A stretch of DNA of 64,000 nt from the NCBI GenBank assembly GCA_965178125.1, contig OZ237736.1, positions 868,001 to 932,000 of the forward strand, written 5' to 3'. The number at the start of each line of letters is the position of its first letter. Within the stretch, counting starts at the first letter, position 1. Below the pieces are notes generated by a model that was not told the origin of the DNA, did no database searches, and saw only the letters and a list, made by a program, of their open reading frames with translations. The position numbers were made by a program, and so were the translations under genes. Shown here one piece after another: positions 62,138 to 64,000 of this stretch. This DNA comes from Bilabrum cf. latius (Eukaryota).

Positions 62138-64000
62138 ATGGATTTCGAAGATGATGACTGGGACAATGCAAATGAAGCTTCCTTTGAAGAGAGTCTCGAG
62201 TCGAACAATGGTGGCATCCCTTCTACAGCGGCAGCGCAGTCTTCGGCAAGTGCGTCATCAATTTTCCCGGGTGCTGCAGCGCTTTACCAAGCCAAACTGC
62301 CAGACCTGCAGGGGGCTTCTGGCGAGCAGACTCCATCCAAAATTGAGCCTGTTGCAGGCGCTGCGGGCTAGCGGCTGCTTTCGAGTGCAGATGCCAGCAA
62401 CGCGAGTGGTGCCTCAAGCGATGGCGTGTTTCTAGATCTCTCCAGTCGACGCGATCAAAACTTACCATCCCAGCCAGAAGGTGATGCATCTAGAACAGCT
62501 GAATTCATGAGAAGGGTCAATCCTTCCCATAATCGCCCCAACCCGAGGTTCGAAAAGTATAAGGAGCAGCTACTCCAGTCATGTCGACGCGACCTGGCAC
62601 GATAGACCATTCTTTCAAAGCTGTCTGCAGCATAGGCTCTGCACCGGTCGCATCTGACCATGATGCTCGCATCGTTGGTCCAACGGTCTTCGGCCTCTTG
62701 CAATCCTGCCCTGCAGTCCATCCTTCTTTCGTCTATGCCTGCTCGATTGCTCGCTGCAAGCCACAGGCGTCCCGTGCCCGGTGTGAGCCGAGGATTGACA
62801 GTAAGTACGCTTCAAACACTATCACTGAATCACATTGGTACATTGACGCGGTGGTTTGGCTCTCAATTCGAGGCGGTCGGGCGTGGGAGCGGTCCTGCCA
62901 CTCCACCTGCCCAGCACGTCGCCACCTCTGAATGGCTGCTCGGGCTTGCCATGCAGCCGCTGCCGCAGCTATCCATCGAAGAGCAGCGGGCTATGTAGAG
63001 CGGAATGGCAGTGCGTAGACAAAAGCCCGCTGCACCGGCAGATTTCGTGCAGCTGTTCGCCGCTAGCATAAGAGCAATGGGCGTACCCTGCAGGCTAGCA
63101 CTCATGGGCGATCCGTTCGATGTCGCTGGCTTCATGCAGGGCAAGGTGGCACAAGCTCGACAAGAAGCCGCAGAGGCAACAAAGCGTGCAAAAATCGAAA
63201 GGAATAAGAGCACGAGAGAAATCGAGATAGATTTGCTCGGGGAAGAAGGAGAGGAAGGTGCAGCTGCTGCAGCAAGCTCGAGTGGCTCCAGTGGCGCGCC
63301 GGACTCCTCAAAGTCATCTGCGAGGCCAGGGACAAAGCGAGGCAGGCCTAGCACAGATAGTAGCCAGGGAACACAAAAATCAAAGCGCAGACGGTCCACG
63401 CAGCAGCAGTCAAAACCAGCCGACTAGACAAGGCTGTGCGGCTCGCTAGCACTAGGGTCTAGAACGAGGTAGGCAGAGCAGGTGGCCATGGCAGACTTCT
63501 AGGCAGCTTCCAGGAGAGCGAGTGGCCGCTGCGCGAGTAAGGCGAGCGAACTCAGGGATAAGCATACGGGCATTTCGGGGGGTTCCCGTTCGGGCGCAAA
63601 AGGGGGCAGCAGGAAGAGCAGCAAGCTTGCGCCTAGTTCCATGCCGGCTTGGAGGAGGCTGCTGCCCAATCCGAACCGGCCCCAATTTATGCAGGAGCTT
63701 GCAAGCGCTGGTGTTGTTCGATGGTGGGTCGAAGTTCTCACGCACGGGCCAAGTGAGGAAGAGGAGGAACCGGGTGGGCAGCAGGCTGCCGCTGCAGCTG
63801 CTGGATTGCCACCTCGTGCAGGTTCAGCGTCCTCTGGCGGCAATGCGCAGGCAAGTGGAGGTGCTTCCAAGCCTCGGTGGGTATTCGTGGATCCGATCAG
63901 GCAGCTTGTTGATACTCCTTTGGTACCTGCTGCTCTAAGGGCAAAATCAGATCCAGTTCAGTACGTACTGGCTGCCTCCGGGTCTGGGCGACTGACCGAC
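62138..64000 (+). CDS. XPC: DNA repair protein XPC/Rad4 (5' part; runs off the window)
   Basis: HLTMMLASLVQRSSASCNPALQSILLSSMP, FVQLFAASIRAMGVPCRL, WWVEV...RWVFVDPI..VD...YVLAA..GRLTD (Rad4 transglutaminase-like domain). One frame through TAGs. Confidence 0.85.

Noticed and set aside
1-64000. In-frame TAGs as pseudogenisation, sequencing error or C>T hypermutation
   Set aside because: Only TAG interrupts frames, never TAA/TGA or frameshifts, in essential genes on both strands. CAA>TAA and CGA>TGA would also be expected from deamination.
1-64000. TAG as pyrrolysine, Leu, Glu or Tyr
   Set aside because: Informative conserved sites and CAG-run contexts indicate Gln. No pyl genes are visible, and the DNA is eukaryotic.

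Overview
Gene-dense, GC-rich eukaryotic nuclear DNA with short GT-AG introns (about 80-210 nt) and very short intergenic spacers. It probably comes from a flagellated protist (EFHB/CFAP21 is present; a stramenopile such as a bicosoecid is a guess). The main result is a non-standard nuclear genetic code. ORF-track fragments of nearly every gene lie in one frame and are separated only by TAG. TAG falls at conserved Gln positions (PreP PT*VNY, SulP N*EL and SS*L, GH65 E*HV) and directly before the SUMO di-glycine. All 21 complete gene models I built end in TGA (18) or TAA (3), and I saw no in-frame TAA in the intact CDSs I read. So UAG=Gln while UAA/UGA appear to remain stops, a rare decoupling of UAG from UAA. 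Read this way the window holds about 22 genes: SUMO, a membrane protein, a TALE-type homeodomain protein, a GH65 hydrolase, a large secreted low-complexity protein, a GT32-domain protein, PreP, a ZnF-TM-mucin-ELWxCD repeat surface protein, an ETHE1-rhodanese fusion, La, GatB, Kelch-cytochrome b561, RPS25, a TRAIP-like RING protein, EIF1AD, a tail-anchored RanBD protein, EFHB, SulP, a coiled-coil protein, ERD2, an F-box/LRR-like protein and a partial XPC. It also holds a sulfatase pseudogene, two tandem repeats, and a ~5.4 kb block between PreP and ETHE1 flanked by a duplicated ETHE1 promoter/start segment. Gene models were derived by hand and are not verified by RNA data.
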